From the NCBI GenBank assembly GCA_044223005.1, contig JBGAML010000009.1, positions 96,001-160,000 on the forward strand: a stretch of 64,000 nt of DNA, read 5' to 3'. Source of the DNA: Candidatus Eiseniibacteriota bacterium (GTDB taxonomy: Bacteria; Eisenbacteria; RBG-16-71-46). Position 1 is the stretch's first letter; every line of letters begins with the position of its first letter. Shown piece after piece: positions 13,124-22,775 of the stretch. Below the pieces are notes generated by a model. That model saw only the letters and a program-made list of their open reading frames with translations. It had not been told where the DNA came from and ran no database searches. Position numbers and translations under genes: made by a program.

Positions 13124-13444
13124 GTTCGGTCCTTTCGTGGGGGACGATCGGGTCACGCGGTGGGGCGCGTATCGACTCGACTCTAGCCAATTGGAGCACG
13201 AGGACCGCATCGCGACGCGAGGATTTTTCGATCACTTGACCCGCAGCGGGTCAACTTTGTTCGCGGCCGAAGCGCCCCGCGCGGCTCGACGGCGTGCCGG
13301 GCGATTCGCGCGGGGAGTGCTCTTGACGGGGTTTTGCATGTTCGCCGGGGGGACCGCTGTGCTAGCGTCGCCACATTCTCCCCAGCACACTCGACGGCCG
13401 CGTCCAGAGCGGTCCGGCACGACTTCACAAGGAAGGTGAAGCCG

Positions 13445-14140
13445 ATGGTGATCGCATCCATGATCCTGCAGCTGGGCGCCGGCGCCCGTGCCACGATTCC
13501 CGGCCTGGTGGCCTCGGCCAGCCCGTTCTCGAAGGCCGTGCTGCTCGTGCTGCTCGCGCTCTCGGTCTACTCCTGGGCCGTCATCTGGAACCGCATGCGG
13601 CTCTACGCCCGCGTCGCGAAGCAGGACGAGTCGTTCCTGACCGCGTTCCGGCGGCTGCCCGCGAACGGTGACCTCCGACTGATCGCGGACCAGCATCCCG
13701 CCAGCGTGCTCGCGCGCGCGGCGGTGGCGGGCGCGAAGCAGCTCGACCAGCTCCCCGCGGGCGAGGTGGGACCCGCGGCACGCTTCGAGCTGGCCATGCG
13801 CGCGATGGACCGCGCGGCCAACGACGAGGTCGCGAACCTCGAACGCCACGTCGGCTTCCTCGCGACCACGGGCAACGTCTCGCCGTTCATCGGCCTCATG
13901 GGCACGGTGTGGGGCGTCATGGCGGCATTCGTGAACATCGGCGCGCAGGGTTCGGCGACGCTCGTCGTCGTCGCGCCGGGCATCGCCGAGGCGCTCATCG
14001 CGACCATCGCGGGACTCGCCGCGGCGATTCCCTCCGTCATCGGCTACAACCACTGCCTCGGGCGGTTGAGCGAGTTCGGCAATACGGCGGGCTCGTTCAC
14101 GAGCGAGTTCCTCGACAAGCGCGTCGGGGCCCACCTGTGA
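13445..14140 (+). CDS. tolQ: TolQ (MotA/TolQ/ExbB family)
   Basis: [30 protein letters not shown]; first gene of the tol-pal operon. Confidence 0.9.
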   Translation: MVIASMILQLGAGARATIPGLVASASPFSKAVLLVLLALSVYSWAVIWNRMRLYARVAKQDESFLTAFRRLPANGDLRLIADQHPASVLARAAVAGAKQLDQLPAGEVGPAARFELAMRAMDRAANDEVANLERHVGFLATTGNVSPFIGLMGTVWGVMAAFVNIGAQGSATLVVVAPGIAEALIATIAGLAAAIPSVIGYNHCLGRLSEFGNTAGSFTSEFLDKRVGAHL

Positions 14141-14550
14141 TGACCGGCGGTCAGGGCGGCCGTCGCCGCCCCATGGCCGAGATCAACGTCACGCCGCTCG
14201 TCGACGTGGTGCTCGTGCTGCTCATCATCTTCATGGTGACGGCGCCGTTCCTGCAGGGCGGGCTCGAGATCGACCTGCCCAAGGTCGCGGCCAAGGGCCT
14301 CGACGTGCACGAGGGCCTCATCGTCAGCATCCGGCGCGACCAGACGATCGCGGTGGGGCAGACGGTGGTGACCTCCGCGCGTTTCGAGCAGGCGCTGACC
14401 GAGGCGCGCGCGCCGCAGCGGCCGGTGTTCCTCAAGGCCGACGCGGCGGTGCCCTATGGCACGATCGTCGACCTGATCGCGCGCATGCGCCGCGCGGGCG
14501 TCGTGCAGCTGGGCCTCGTGACGCAGCCGCCCGCCGAGGGCTCGCGATGA
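14140..14550 (+). CDS. tolR: TolR (ExbD/TolR family)
   Basis: [31 protein letters not shown]. Confidence 0.9.
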   Translation: MTGGQGGRRRPMAEINVTPLVDVVLVLLIIFMVTAPFLQGGLEIDLPKVAAKGLDVHEGLIVSIRRDQTIAVGQTVVTSARFEQALTEARAPQRPVFLKADAAVPYGTIVDLIARMRRAGVVQLGLVTQPPAEGSR

Positions 14551-15203
14551 GGTCCGCCGTGATGGGCTCGGCCGCGGTGCACGTGGTGCTCACGCTCGCG
14601 CTGTTCGTGGTGCGTTCGAGCAAGACGCTGCTCGTGCCCGGTCCCGACGTCGTGCAGGTCTCGCTCGTCGACGCTTCGCTCGCCGCGATGCCCGCGCCGC
14701 CCGCGGCGAAGCCGGCCCCGGAGCCGGTGCCGGACGTGGAAGAGCAGGGCGTGCGGATCGAGAAGCCGAGGAAGGAAAAGCCCCAGCCCGAGCGCACACA
14801 GCAGGCCCCGGCGCCGCCCGCACCCGCGCCGGCCGCTCCCGCGGCGCCGCAGCGCGTCGTGCTCCCGTACGCGAGCATGGGCGGCGGCATGGCGGGGCAG
14901 GTGGCGGTGGACGCGAGCAACTTCGAGTTCGCGTACTACCTGCAACAGGTGCGGCTGCAGATCGCGCGCAACTGGACGCCCCCGGGCGGCATGCCCACCG
15001 GCACGCGCGTCGAGATCTACTTTCGCGTCGCGCGCGACGGCTCGCTCACGTCGCCGCGGATCGAGACCACGAGCGGCAACGGCTACTTCGACCAGTCCGC
15101 GGCCCGCGCGGTGATCGTGACGGGCCACCTGCCACCGCTGCCGCTCGGCTACGACGGGGGCGACCTGGGCATCCACTTCGGCTTCGAGTACACGGGACAA
15201 TGA
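14547..15203 (+). CDS. tolA: TolA/TonB C-terminal domain protein
   Basis: N-terminal TM with conserved His, Pro-rich linker, [24 protein letters not shown]; position in operon. Confidence 0.75.
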   Translation: MRSAVMGSAAVHVVLTLALFVVRSSKTLLVPGPDVVQVSLVDASLAAMPAPPAAKPAPEPVPDVEEQGVRIEKPRKEKPQPERTQQAPAPPAPAPAAPAAPQRVVLPYASMGGGMAGQVAVDASNFEFAYYLQQVRLQIARNWTPPGGMPTGTRVEIYFRVARDGSLTSPRIETTSGNGYFDQSAARAVIVTGHLPPLPLGYDGGDLGIHFGFEYTGQ

Positions 15204-16468
15204 CGCGAACCTTCCTCGTGACGGCGGCGCTCGCGCTCGCCCTGGCCTCGGCGGCGTTCGCGCAGGGCGACGTGCACCTCGAGACACAGTCGGGCGCGAG
15301 CGCGCGGCTGCCCGTGCGCTGCCTGTCGCTGAAGCCTGCCGGCGATCGCGGCGCGGGCACGACCAGCGTGCAGGCGGACGAAGTGCTCGCCAACGACCTG
15401 CAGAACTCGGCCGTGTTCGCGGTCGCGCGCGGCTGGGATCCGGCGTCCGCGTCGGCGACGCCGCAGGCGGAGATCGGTGGCACGTGGACCGTGACCGGGA
15501 CGCAGGTGAAGCTCTCGGGCGAGGTGCACGACTGGCCGGGGAAGAAGCCGATCCTCGTGCAGGAGTACAAGGGCCCGCTCACGCAGTGGCGCTCGCTCGT
15601 GCACCGCTTCGCCGACGACATCGTGATGCAGTTCACCGGAGAGCCGGGCGTCTCGTCCACGCGCATCGCGTACGTGACGCAGGAGGGGCGCAACAAGGAG
15701 CTCTGGGTGATGGACGCCGACGGCGCCAACGCCGAGCCGCTCACGCGCGACGCCTCGATCGCCCAGTCGCCGAACTGGTCGCCCGACGGCTCGCTGATCG
15801 TGTTCACGTCCTATCGGGGGAACACGGGACCGCGCCTCTGGGTGATCTCGCCGGCGCAGAAGAAGCCGTTCCTGCTCTCGGGCCGGCCCGGCCTGAACGC
15901 CAGCGGGGCCTATTCGCCCGACGGGCGCTGGGTCGCCTGCACGCTCAGCCAGGACGGCAACGCCGAGCTCTACAAGCTCGACGCGCGCGGGACCACGGCG
16001 CAGCGGCTCACCACCGGGCGCGCGATCGACACCTCGCCCTGCTGGTCGCCCACGGGTCGTGAGATCGCATTCACGACGGACCGTTCGGGCTCGCCGCAGG
16101 TCAACATCATGGACGCCGACGGTGGCAACGTGCGCCGGTTGACGTACGACGTCGGCTACACCGATTCTCCCGCGTGGTCGCCGAAAGGCGACCGGATCGC
16201 CTTCGTGTCGCGCACGGATGCCGGATTCGACATCTGGGTGTGCCGGCCGGACGGAACCGGGGCGATGCGGGTCGTGACCGGGGGCAGCAACGAGAATCCT
16301 CACTGGTCGCCCGACGGGCGGCACCTGGTCTTTTCCTCGAACCGCGACGGTACGCGCTCGCTCTGGGTCACCGACCTCGACGGCGCACCGCCGCGCAAGC
16401 TGGACACCGCCGGCCGTAAGACGCTCTCGCCCGCGTGGTCGCCTCGCGGCAACGCGGCCCCACACTAG
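15200..16468 (+). CDS. tolB: TolB beta-propeller
   Basis: HRFADDIV..FTGEPG, multiple PD40 repeats (P.WSPDG). Confidence 0.92.
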   Translation: MTRTFLVTAALALALASAAFAQGDVHLETQSGASARLPVRCLSLKPAGDRGAGTTSVQADEVLANDLQNSAVFAVARGWDPASASATPQAEIGGTWTVTGTQVKLSGEVHDWPGKKPILVQEYKGPLTQWRSLVHRFADDIVMQFTGEPGVSSTRIAYVTQEGRNKELWVMDADGANAEPLTRDASIAQSPNWSPDGSLIVFTSYRGNTGPRLWVISPAQKKPFLLSGRPGLNASGAYSPDGRWVACTLSQDGNAELYKLDARGTTAQRLTTGRAIDTSPCWSPTGREIAFTTDRSGSPQVNIMDADGGNVRRLTYDVGYTDSPAWSPKGDRIAFVSRTDAGFDIWVCRPDGTGAMRVVTGGSNENPHWSPDGRHLVFSSNRDGTRSLWVTDLDGAPPRKLDTAGRKTLSPAWSPRGNAAPH

Positions 16469-16487
16469 AGCCACAAGGAGGCATCGC

Positions 16488-17009
16488 ATGCGTTCGACTC
16501 TCCGTTACGCCCTGCTCGCGGCGTGGATCGTCTCGATCCCGTTCGCCGCGGGCTGCCAGAAGAAGGCGCCCGTGCCGCCGCCGGCCCCGCCGGCCGCGCA
16601 GCAGACGACTCCGACGCCGACGCCGACTCCGACGCCGACGCCCGCGCCGGCCGAACCGGCCACGCCGGCCGTCACGGTGGGGGACCTGAAGACGGTCTTC
16701 TTCTCGCTCGACAGCTACGACCTCGACGACGCGGCGCGCGCCGTGCTCGACCAGGACGCGCGGCTGCTGCGCGATCATGCCGACCTCAACGTGCGCGTCG
16801 AAGGGCACTGCGACGAGCGCGGGACGGTCGAGTACAACATGAGCCTCGGCCAGAAGCGCGCCGACGCCGTGCGGGCATACCTCGTCGCGGCCGGCGTCAA
16901 CGGCTCGCGTCTCTCGACGATCTCGTACGGCAAGGAGCGGCCGGCGGACGAGGGGCACGACGAAGCCGCGTGGGCGAAGAACCGCCGGTGCGAGTTCACC
17001 AAGCCGTGA
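16488..17009 (+). CDS. pal: Peptidoglycan-associated lipoprotein
   Basis: Lipobox FAAGC, EGHCDERGTVEYNMSLGQKRA, SYGKERP, NRR. Confidence 0.95.
   Translation: MRSTLRYALLAAWIVSIPFAAGCQKKAPVPPPAPPAAQQTTPTPTPTPTPTPAPAEPATPAVTVGDLKTVFFSLDSYDLDDAARAVLDQDARLLRDHADLNVRVEGHCDERGTVEYNMSLGQKRADAVRAYLVAAGVNGSRLSTISYGKERPADEGHDEAAWAKNRRCEFTKP
16607..16643 (+). repeat. Low-complexity Thr-Pro coding repeat in Pal linker
   Basis: (ACGCCG/ACTCCG)n encoding TPTPTPTPTPTP. Confidence 0.7.
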
Positions 17010-17839
17010 GCGCGCCGCGGCGGGGCCGCCCCGCGGAGGTCCGGGCGCTCGCGCGTGCGGGCGCCCTCGTGGCGCTGCTCGCCGCATCGGTGCTGCTGCC
17101 GGGCTGCTACACCACGCAGCTCGGGCTGATCCGTTCGGGGCTCGACAGCCTGCGCACGCAGGTCGACACGCTGACCGTGCGGGACTCGATCGCGTACCGC
17201 GTGCTCGCGGAGACGCGGCGCGAGCTCGCCTCGCAGCGCGACCTGCTGCTCAGCACGCGTGCCTCCTCGGGCAGCACGATGCAGGAGATGTTCGACCACA
17301 TGGACCGGCTCGAGGGCAAGCTCGACGACGTCATGCACCGCTTCGGTGACTGGGCGGCGCGCACGACGTCGAACCTCGCCGCGCCCACGACGCCGGCCGG
17401 GCCGCCGGCGACGCCGGGCACGTCTCCGGCGACGGGCAGCCCACCGCCCGTGGTCGCGGGACCGCCGCCGGCGCAGCTCTACGACCAGGCGACGCGTGAC
17501 CTCACCGAGGGGCGCTACCCGCTCGCGCTCTCGGGTTATCGCGATTTCCTCGCGCGATACCCGGATGCCGAGCTGGCTCCCGGCGCGCAGTACGGCGTCG
17601 CGGAGTGCTTCTTCGCCGAGGCCGCATTCGACAGCGCGGTGGTGGAGTACGGGCGCGTGACGGCGAGGTGGCCGAAGAGCGACCGCGCGCCCGCGGCGAT
17701 GTACAAGCTCGGTCTCTGCCAGGACCGGCTCGGCCGGGCCGCCGAGTCGCGCAAGACGTTCGAGGACCTCGTGCGCCGCTTCCCGACGGCGAGCGAGGCC
17801 GCGCTCGCGCGAGACCGGCTCGGTGCGGGCAAGCGCTGA
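17006..17839 (+). CDS. cpoB: Tol-Pal TPR protein CpoB/YbgF
   Basis: Lipobox-like LPGC, coiled coil, TPRs (FLARYPDAELAPGAQY); directly after pal. Confidence 0.85.
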   Translation: MSAPRRGRPAEVRALARAGALVALLAASVLLPGCYTTQLGLIRSGLDSLRTQVDTLTVRDSIAYRVLAETRRELASQRDLLLSTRASSGSTMQEMFDHMDRLEGKLDDVMHRFGDWAARTTSNLAAPTTPAGPPATPGTSPATGSPPPVVAGPPPAQLYDQATRDLTEGRYPLALSGYRDFLARYPDAELAPGAQYGVAECFFAEAAFDSAVVEYGRVTARWPKSDRAPAAMYKLGLCQDRLGRAAESRKTFEDLVRRFPTASEAALARDRLGAGKR

Positions 17840-19481
17840 CCGTGACGCCGCGCCGCGCCTCGTGCGCGGCGCGGCGTTCGCGTTGCTGGCGGTGGCGCTC
17901 GGCGCGGCTGCGGCCGGCGCGGGGAGCCCCGAGGCCGATGCCGCGGCGGCGCCGCTCGAAGGCCGCGTCATCCGTCACATCGAGCTCGTCACGCGGACGA
18001 TCTTCGATCCGCCGCCCGAGCGCGGACGCGGCTTCTACGCGCTCGCGAACCGGCTGCACGTGCGCACGCGGCCGGCCACGCTGCGCGCGGCGCTGGTGCT
18101 CAAGCCGGGCGATCGCTGGACGGCGGCCCGGCAGGCGGAGAGCGAGCGCCACCTGCGCGCGCTCGAATACCTGGTGCCGGACAGCGTGGTCGCGACGCCG
18201 GTGGGTGCGGACTCGGTCGACCTGCGCGTCGTCACGCACGACAACTGGACCACGAGCCCCGAGTTCGGGATCGAGAGCGGCGGTGGCCAGCGCTACGGCT
18301 CGTTCGCCTTCACCGAGCGCAACCTCTGCGGGCTCGGGACTTCGCTGTCGATCGGTTATCGCGACGACGTGAACGGCATCTCGCGCCAGGCGGGGATCGA
18401 GGACAACGAGATTCTCGGCACGCACTGGCGCGCCCGCGGCAGCCTCTCGGAGGGCACGGCCGGGCACGCGCAGGCGGCCATGGTCTCGCTGCCGTTCTGG
18501 TCCGACGACGCGCCGCACGCCTTCGGCGTGCTGGCGCAGCACGAGCGCGTGGACAGCGATCTCTTCTCCGACGATGCCGAGGCCGCGCACGTGAGCGGCC
18601 GCCGCGACCGCGTCGAGTTCTTCGCCGGTCTCGGGCGCCGTGGGCCCGACGGCTCGATCCGCCGCCTCGTCGCCTCGTTCGAGTCGCGCGACCGCCAGCT
18701 CTCGGCGCCGGTGCTGCGCGCCGGTGCGCCCACGGGCTTCGCGCGCGCCGCCGAGGACGTGCGGCACCGCCGGCTCGCGCTCGAGGGCACGTGGGCACGG
18801 CCCGCGTACATCGTCCGAGGCGGCGTCGACCAGATCGACCGCGAGGAGGACTTCGACGTCGGTGTCTCGGCGGCGCTCAAGGGGGGCTTCGCGCCGCGCG
18901 CGTTCGGCAGCACGGCCGACGAGGGCTTCGGGCAGGTGAAGCTCGGCTTCGGCGTCGACGCCGGCCGCGCGGGCTTCGGCCTGCTGCGCGCCACGGGCTC
19001 GACGCGTCTGCGCGGCGGCGTGCCCCGCGAGGAGCTGATGGACGTCTCCGCGCGCTGGATCCAGTCGCCGGCGCCGCGCCTCACCGCGGTGGTCGGGGCG
19101 ATCGCCGTCGGCGGCCGCAACATGCCGGCCGACTACCAGCTCACGCTGGGCGGCGTGTCGGGTCTGCGCGCGTTCCCGGTGCACGAGATGACCGGCACCG
19201 AGGTCGTGCGCGGCAACGCCGAACTGCGCTGGGTCGCGGCCCGCGACCTGCTGCACCTCGTGAGCCTGGGCGCGGCGGCCTTCTGGGACGGCGGCCGCAC
19301 GCGCGGCACCGGCGCCGAGACCGACACGTGGCATCACGACGTCGGCTTCGGGCTGCGGCTCTCGCTGCCGCACTCGGCGCTCAACGCCGTCGCGCGCTTC
19401 GACGTGGCGTGGCCGATCGCACCCGCGATCGACGGCCGCCACGGGCCCGCGTACTCGTTCGGTTCCGGCCAGGCGTTCTGA
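17823..19481 (+). CDS. Omp85 (BamA/TamA-like) outer-membrane protein with short POTRA region
   Basis: ESERHLRAL POTRA helix, ERNLCGLG barrel start, LGGVSGLRAF loop-6-like motif, C-terminal GQAF. Confidence 0.75.
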   Translation: MRASADRDAAPRLVRGAAFALLAVALGAAAAGAGSPEADAAAAPLEGRVIRHIELVTRTIFDPPPERGRGFYALANRLHVRTRPATLRAALVLKPGDRWTAARQAESERHLRALEYLVPDSVVATPVGADSVDLRVVTHDNWTTSPEFGIESGGGQRYGSFAFTERNLCGLGTSLSIGYRDDVNGISRQAGIEDNEILGTHWRARGSLSEGTAGHAQAAMVSLPFWSDDAPHAFGVLAQHERVDSDLFSDDAEAAHVSGRRDRVEFFAGLGRRGPDGSIRRLVASFESRDRQLSAPVLRAGAPTGFARAAEDVRHRRLALEGTWARPAYIVRGGVDQIDREEDFDVGVSAALKGGFAPRAFGSTADEGFGQVKLGFGVDAGRAGFGLLRATGSTRLRGGVPREELMDVSARWIQSPAPRLTAVVGAIAVGGRNMPADYQLTLGGVSGLRAFPVHEMTGTEVVRGNAELRWVAARDLLHLVSLGAAAFWDGGRTRGTGAETDTWHHDVGFGLRLSLPHSALNAVARFDVAWPIAPAIDGRHGPAYSFGSGQAF

Positions 19482-19506
19482 CCACGCGCGGCCGTCGCGC
19501 GCGTGC

Positions 19507-19535
19507 TTGACGCTGCCCGGGGCCACTCGTAGCGT
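19507..19535 (+). promoter_or_regulatory. sigma70-type promoter
   Basis: TTGACG-17 nt-TAGCGT. Confidence 0.55.
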
Positions 19536-19558
19536 CCGCCGATCGAGGAGGAGCCCCC

Positions 19559-20041
19559 ATGAACATCGTCGCCGTGCCGCTCGAGATCCCGGCCGACTGC
19601 AACGTCGTCGGCGGGCAGTCGCACTTCATCAAGACGGTCGAGGACATCGCCGAGATCGTCGTCACCACCGTGCCCGGCGCGAAGTTCGGGCTCGCGTTCT
19701 GCGAGGCGTCGGGGCCCTGCCTCGTGCGCACCGAGGGCAACGACGACGCGCTCGTCGCGACGGCGGCGGACAACGCCGTGCGCGTGGGGGCGGGGCACAC
19801 GTTCTGGCTGCTGCTTCGCGGCGCCTACCCGATCAACCTCCTGCCGGCGATCAAGGCCTGCCAGGAGGTCTGCCACGTGATCGTGGCGACCGCGAACCCG
19901 GTGCAGGTGCTGGTCGCCGAGCACGCGCAGGGGCGCGGTGTCGTGGGTGTGGTGGACGGCGGTTCCCCGCGGGGGATCGAGGACGCGGCCGCCCGAGAGG
20001 CGCGCCGCGAGTTCCTGCGGAAGATCGGCTACAAGCGGTGA
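19559..20041 (+). CDS. Adenosine-specific kinase family (DUF355) protein
   Basis: GQSHFIKTVED, FGLAFCEASGPCLVRTEGND, ATANP, GVVDG, FLRKIGYK. Confidence 0.88.
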   Translation: MNIVAVPLEIPADCNVVGGQSHFIKTVEDIAEIVVTTVPGAKFGLAFCEASGPCLVRTEGNDDALVATAADNAVRVGAGHTFWLLLRGAYPINLLPAIKACQEVCHVIVATANPVQVLVAEHAQGRGVVGVVDGGSPRGIEDAAAREARREFLRKIGYKR

Positions 20042-20144
20042 TCGCGGGCTCTCCGGAAGGGCCGCGGACCGCTCGATTCGGCGCCGCGGCTGTCTTAGAC
20101 TGCCCGTGGCCGGCGGCCTCCGCCGGCATGCCACGGCGGTCCGC

Positions 20145-20972
20145 ATGAGCCTCCGCTTCGGGACGTCGGGGATCCCGCGCAGTTCGGCGAAACCCGGCAC
20201 CGTGCACGGCATCCGGCGCGCCCGCGAGCTGGGGCTCGACCATCTCGAGATGGCCTGGGTCAACGGCGTGCGCATGTCGGATGAAGCCGCCGACCGCATC
20301 GCGGAAACCGCTCGCGAATGCGACCTGACGCTCACGGCCCACGCTCCGTACTACGTCAACCTGTGCGGCGCGCCCGAGATCGTCGAACGCAGCCGCGCGC
20401 GGCTCGTCGAGGCCGGACGGCTCGGCACGCGCTGCGGCGCGCAATCCTTCTGCTTCCACCCGGGCTTCTACGGCACGCTGGGAGCGGAAGAAGCGTACGC
20501 CCGCGTGTGCGCGGAACTGCGCCGGGTCCTCGCCGAGACGAAGAAGCTCCGGGTCACGACGGACGTGCGCACGGAGCTGACCGGCAAGCCGACGCAGGTC
20601 GGCTCGCTGGAGGAGACGCTCGCGTGGTGCCGCGAGGTGAAGGGGATCCACGCGTGCGTGGACTTCTCGCACCGGTACGCGCGGGAGCAGGGGAAGCACA
20701 ACCGCTACGAAGACTTCGCGGCGACGCTGACCGCGATCGAGCAGGCGCTGGGCCGTGCCGCGCTGGACCGGCTGCACGTGCACATCTCGGGCATCCAGTA
20801 CGGGCCGAAGGGCGAGCGGCGTCACGAGCCGCTGCGCGAAACGGCGTTCCGCTGGAAGGAACTGCTGCGGGCGCTGAAGGACCTGCGGGTGTCGGGATGG
20901 GTCGTGTGCGAGTCGCCGGCGATGGAGGACGACGCGCTGCTGTTGCAGAAGACCTATCGGAGGCTCCAGTGA
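20145..20972 (+). CDS. Endonuclease IV-like TIM-barrel protein
   Basis: HAPYYVNL, FHPGFY, ELTGK..QVGSLEE, DFSH, HVHISGI..GERRH, CESP. Confidence 0.85.
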   Translation: MSLRFGTSGIPRSSAKPGTVHGIRRARELGLDHLEMAWVNGVRMSDEAADRIAETARECDLTLTAHAPYYVNLCGAPEIVERSRARLVEAGRLGTRCGAQSFCFHPGFYGTLGAEEAYARVCAELRRVLAETKKLRVTTDVRTELTGKPTQVGSLEETLAWCREVKGIHACVDFSHRYAREQGKHNRYEDFAATLTAIEQALGRAALDRLHVHISGIQYGPKGERRHEPLRETAFRWKELLRALKDLRVSGWVVCESPAMEDDALLLQKTYRRLQ

Positions 20973-22126
20973 GCTCAGGACGCGACACCGCCCCCGTGGT
21001 GATCGTCGGCGCGGGCTGCATCGGCACCGCGATTGCGTACCACCTCGGCAAGCGCGGCGTGAAGGACGTCGTGGTGCTCGAGCGCGAGCTGTTCTCGGGC
21101 GCGGGTTCCACCGGCAAGTGCGCCGGCGGCATCCGGCAGCAGTTCTCCTCGAAAGTGAACGTGCGGCTCTGCCAGGAGTCCGTGCGCCAGTTCGAGCGCT
21201 TCTCGGACGAAATGCAGACGGGGCCCGTGTTCTGGCAGGTGGGCTACCTGTTCCTGCTCTCGGATCCCGCGATGTGGGCGGCGTACCAGAAGCAGGCGGA
21301 GTTCCAGCGCTCGCTGGGCCTGCCGGTCGAGACGCTCACGCCCGTGCAGGTCGCCGAGCGCTGGCCGATCATCGACGTCAGCGGCGTGCTGGGCGGCACG
21401 TTCTGCCCGACCGACGGTCTCGCCGATCCGCACATGGTCACGCAGGCCTACGAGGCGCGCGCGCGTGCGCTGGGCGCGAAGTTCCGCTTCGGCGTCACGG
21501 TGACCGGGCTGAATGTCGCGAACGGCCGCGTCACCGGCGTGCGCACGACCACCGGCGACATCGACGCGCCGGTCGTGGTGAACGCCGCGGGCGCGTGGGC
21601 CGCCGAGCTCGTTCGCGAGGCGGGGATCGACCTGCCGGTGCAGCCGTACCGGCGGCACTGCTTCACCACCAAACCGCTCGAGTTCGTGAACGAGACGCTG
21701 CCGATGGTCGTCGACATGAAGAGCGGCGTGTACATGCACCGCGAGAGCGGCGGGCTGCTGCTGGGACTCGCCGACAAGGACGAGCCGCCGGGATTCGACA
21801 CCAGCGTCAACTGGGACTTCCTCGAGAAGGTGGTCGAGGGCGCGATCGGCCGCGTGCCGGCGCTCGAGACCGCCGAGATCGGGCACGGCTGGGCGGGGCT
21901 CTACGAGACCACGCCCGACCACAACTCGATCCTCGGTCCGGTCGCGGCGCTGCCGGGGCTGCTGCTCGCGAACGGTTTCAGCGGTCACGGCTTCATGCAG
22001 GCGCCCGCCGTGGGGCAGGTGATCGCGGAGTGGATCGTGGACGGCCGCCCGAGCATCGACGTCTCGGAGCTCCGGCTCGAGCGCTTCGCCGAGCAGGCCA
22101 CGGCGCCCGAGGTCAACGTCATCTGA
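20969..22126 (+). CDS. FAD-dependent oxidoreductase (DAO/sarcosine oxidase beta-like)
   Basis: IVGAGCIG, GSTGKCAGGIRQQFS, WAGLYETTPD, GFSGHGFM. Confidence 0.9.
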   Translation: MSSGRDTAPVVIVGAGCIGTAIAYHLGKRGVKDVVVLERELFSGAGSTGKCAGGIRQQFSSKVNVRLCQESVRQFERFSDEMQTGPVFWQVGYLFLLSDPAMWAAYQKQAEFQRSLGLPVETLTPVQVAERWPIIDVSGVLGGTFCPTDGLADPHMVTQAYEARARALGAKFRFGVTVTGLNVANGRVTGVRTTTGDIDAPVVVNAAGAWAAELVREAGIDLPVQPYRRHCFTTKPLEFVNETLPMVVDMKSGVYMHRESGGLLLGLADKDEPPGFDTSVNWDFLEKVVEGAIGRVPALETAEIGHGWAGLYETTPDHNSILGPVAALPGLLLANGFSGHGFMQAPAVGQVIAEWIVDGRPSIDVSELRLERFAEQATAPEVNVI

Positions 22127-22127
22127 C

Positions 22128-22775
22128 ATGGCGCTGCGCATCGAGTCGCTCCCGCTCGGGCCGCTGGACAACAACACGTACGTGGTGAGCTGCGAGGCCA
22201 CGGGCGAAGCCGCCGTGATCGACGTCGGCTTCGAGCCCGAGGCCGTGATCGAGGCCGTGCGACGCGAGCAACTGCGCGTGCGCTGGCTCCTCGGCACGCA
22301 CGCGCACTACGACCACGCGGCGGGCATGCGACCCGTGCAGGAGGCCGTGGGCGGCGACTACGCGCTGCACCCGCTCGACCGGCCCCTGCTCGCGGCGCTC
22401 TCGATGCAGGGCTCCATGTTCGGTTTCCCGCCGGCGGTGGCGCCCGAGATCGCGCACGATCTGGTGGACGGCGAACGTATCCCGGTGGGTGAGGAGTCGC
22501 TCGAGGTGATCTTCACGCCCGGGCACGCGCCCGGGCACTGCGCGTTCCGCTGGAACGGCGTGCTGTTCGTGGGCGACGTGCTCTTCCGCGGGTCGGTCGG
22601 CCGCACCGACCTGCCGGGCGGCTCGTGGGACGATCTCGAGCGCTCGATCCGCGAGCGCGTCTTCCCGCTCGGGGACGACGTGCGTTGCCTCACGGGCCAC
22701 GGCCCGGAAACCACGATCGGCCACGAACGGCGCACGAACCCGTACGTCGGGATCGTGGCCGGAGGGATGCGATGA
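22128..22775 (+). CDS. MBL-fold metallo-hydrolase (glyoxalase II-like)
   Basis: THAHYDH, TPGH, GDVLF..SVGRTDLPGG, GHGPETT. Confidence 0.9.
   Translation: MALRIESLPLGPLDNNTYVVSCEATGEAAVIDVGFEPEAVIEAVRREQLRVRWLLGTHAHYDHAAGMRPVQEAVGGDYALHPLDRPLLAALSMQGSMFGFPPAVAPEIAHDLVDGERIPVGEESLEVIFTPGHAPGHCAFRWNGVLFVGDVLFRGSVGRTDLPGGSWDDLERSIRERVFPLGDDVRCLTGHGPETTIGHERRTNPYVGIVAGGMR

Noticed and set aside
13445..15203. ExbB-ExbD-TonB energising the upstream receptor
   Set aside because: Directly followed by tolB-pal-cpoB, so TolQRA is the simpler call.
16607..16643. Short tandem repeat as CRISPR or contingency locus
   Set aside because: In-frame Thr-Pro linker of Pal; no spacers or cas genes.
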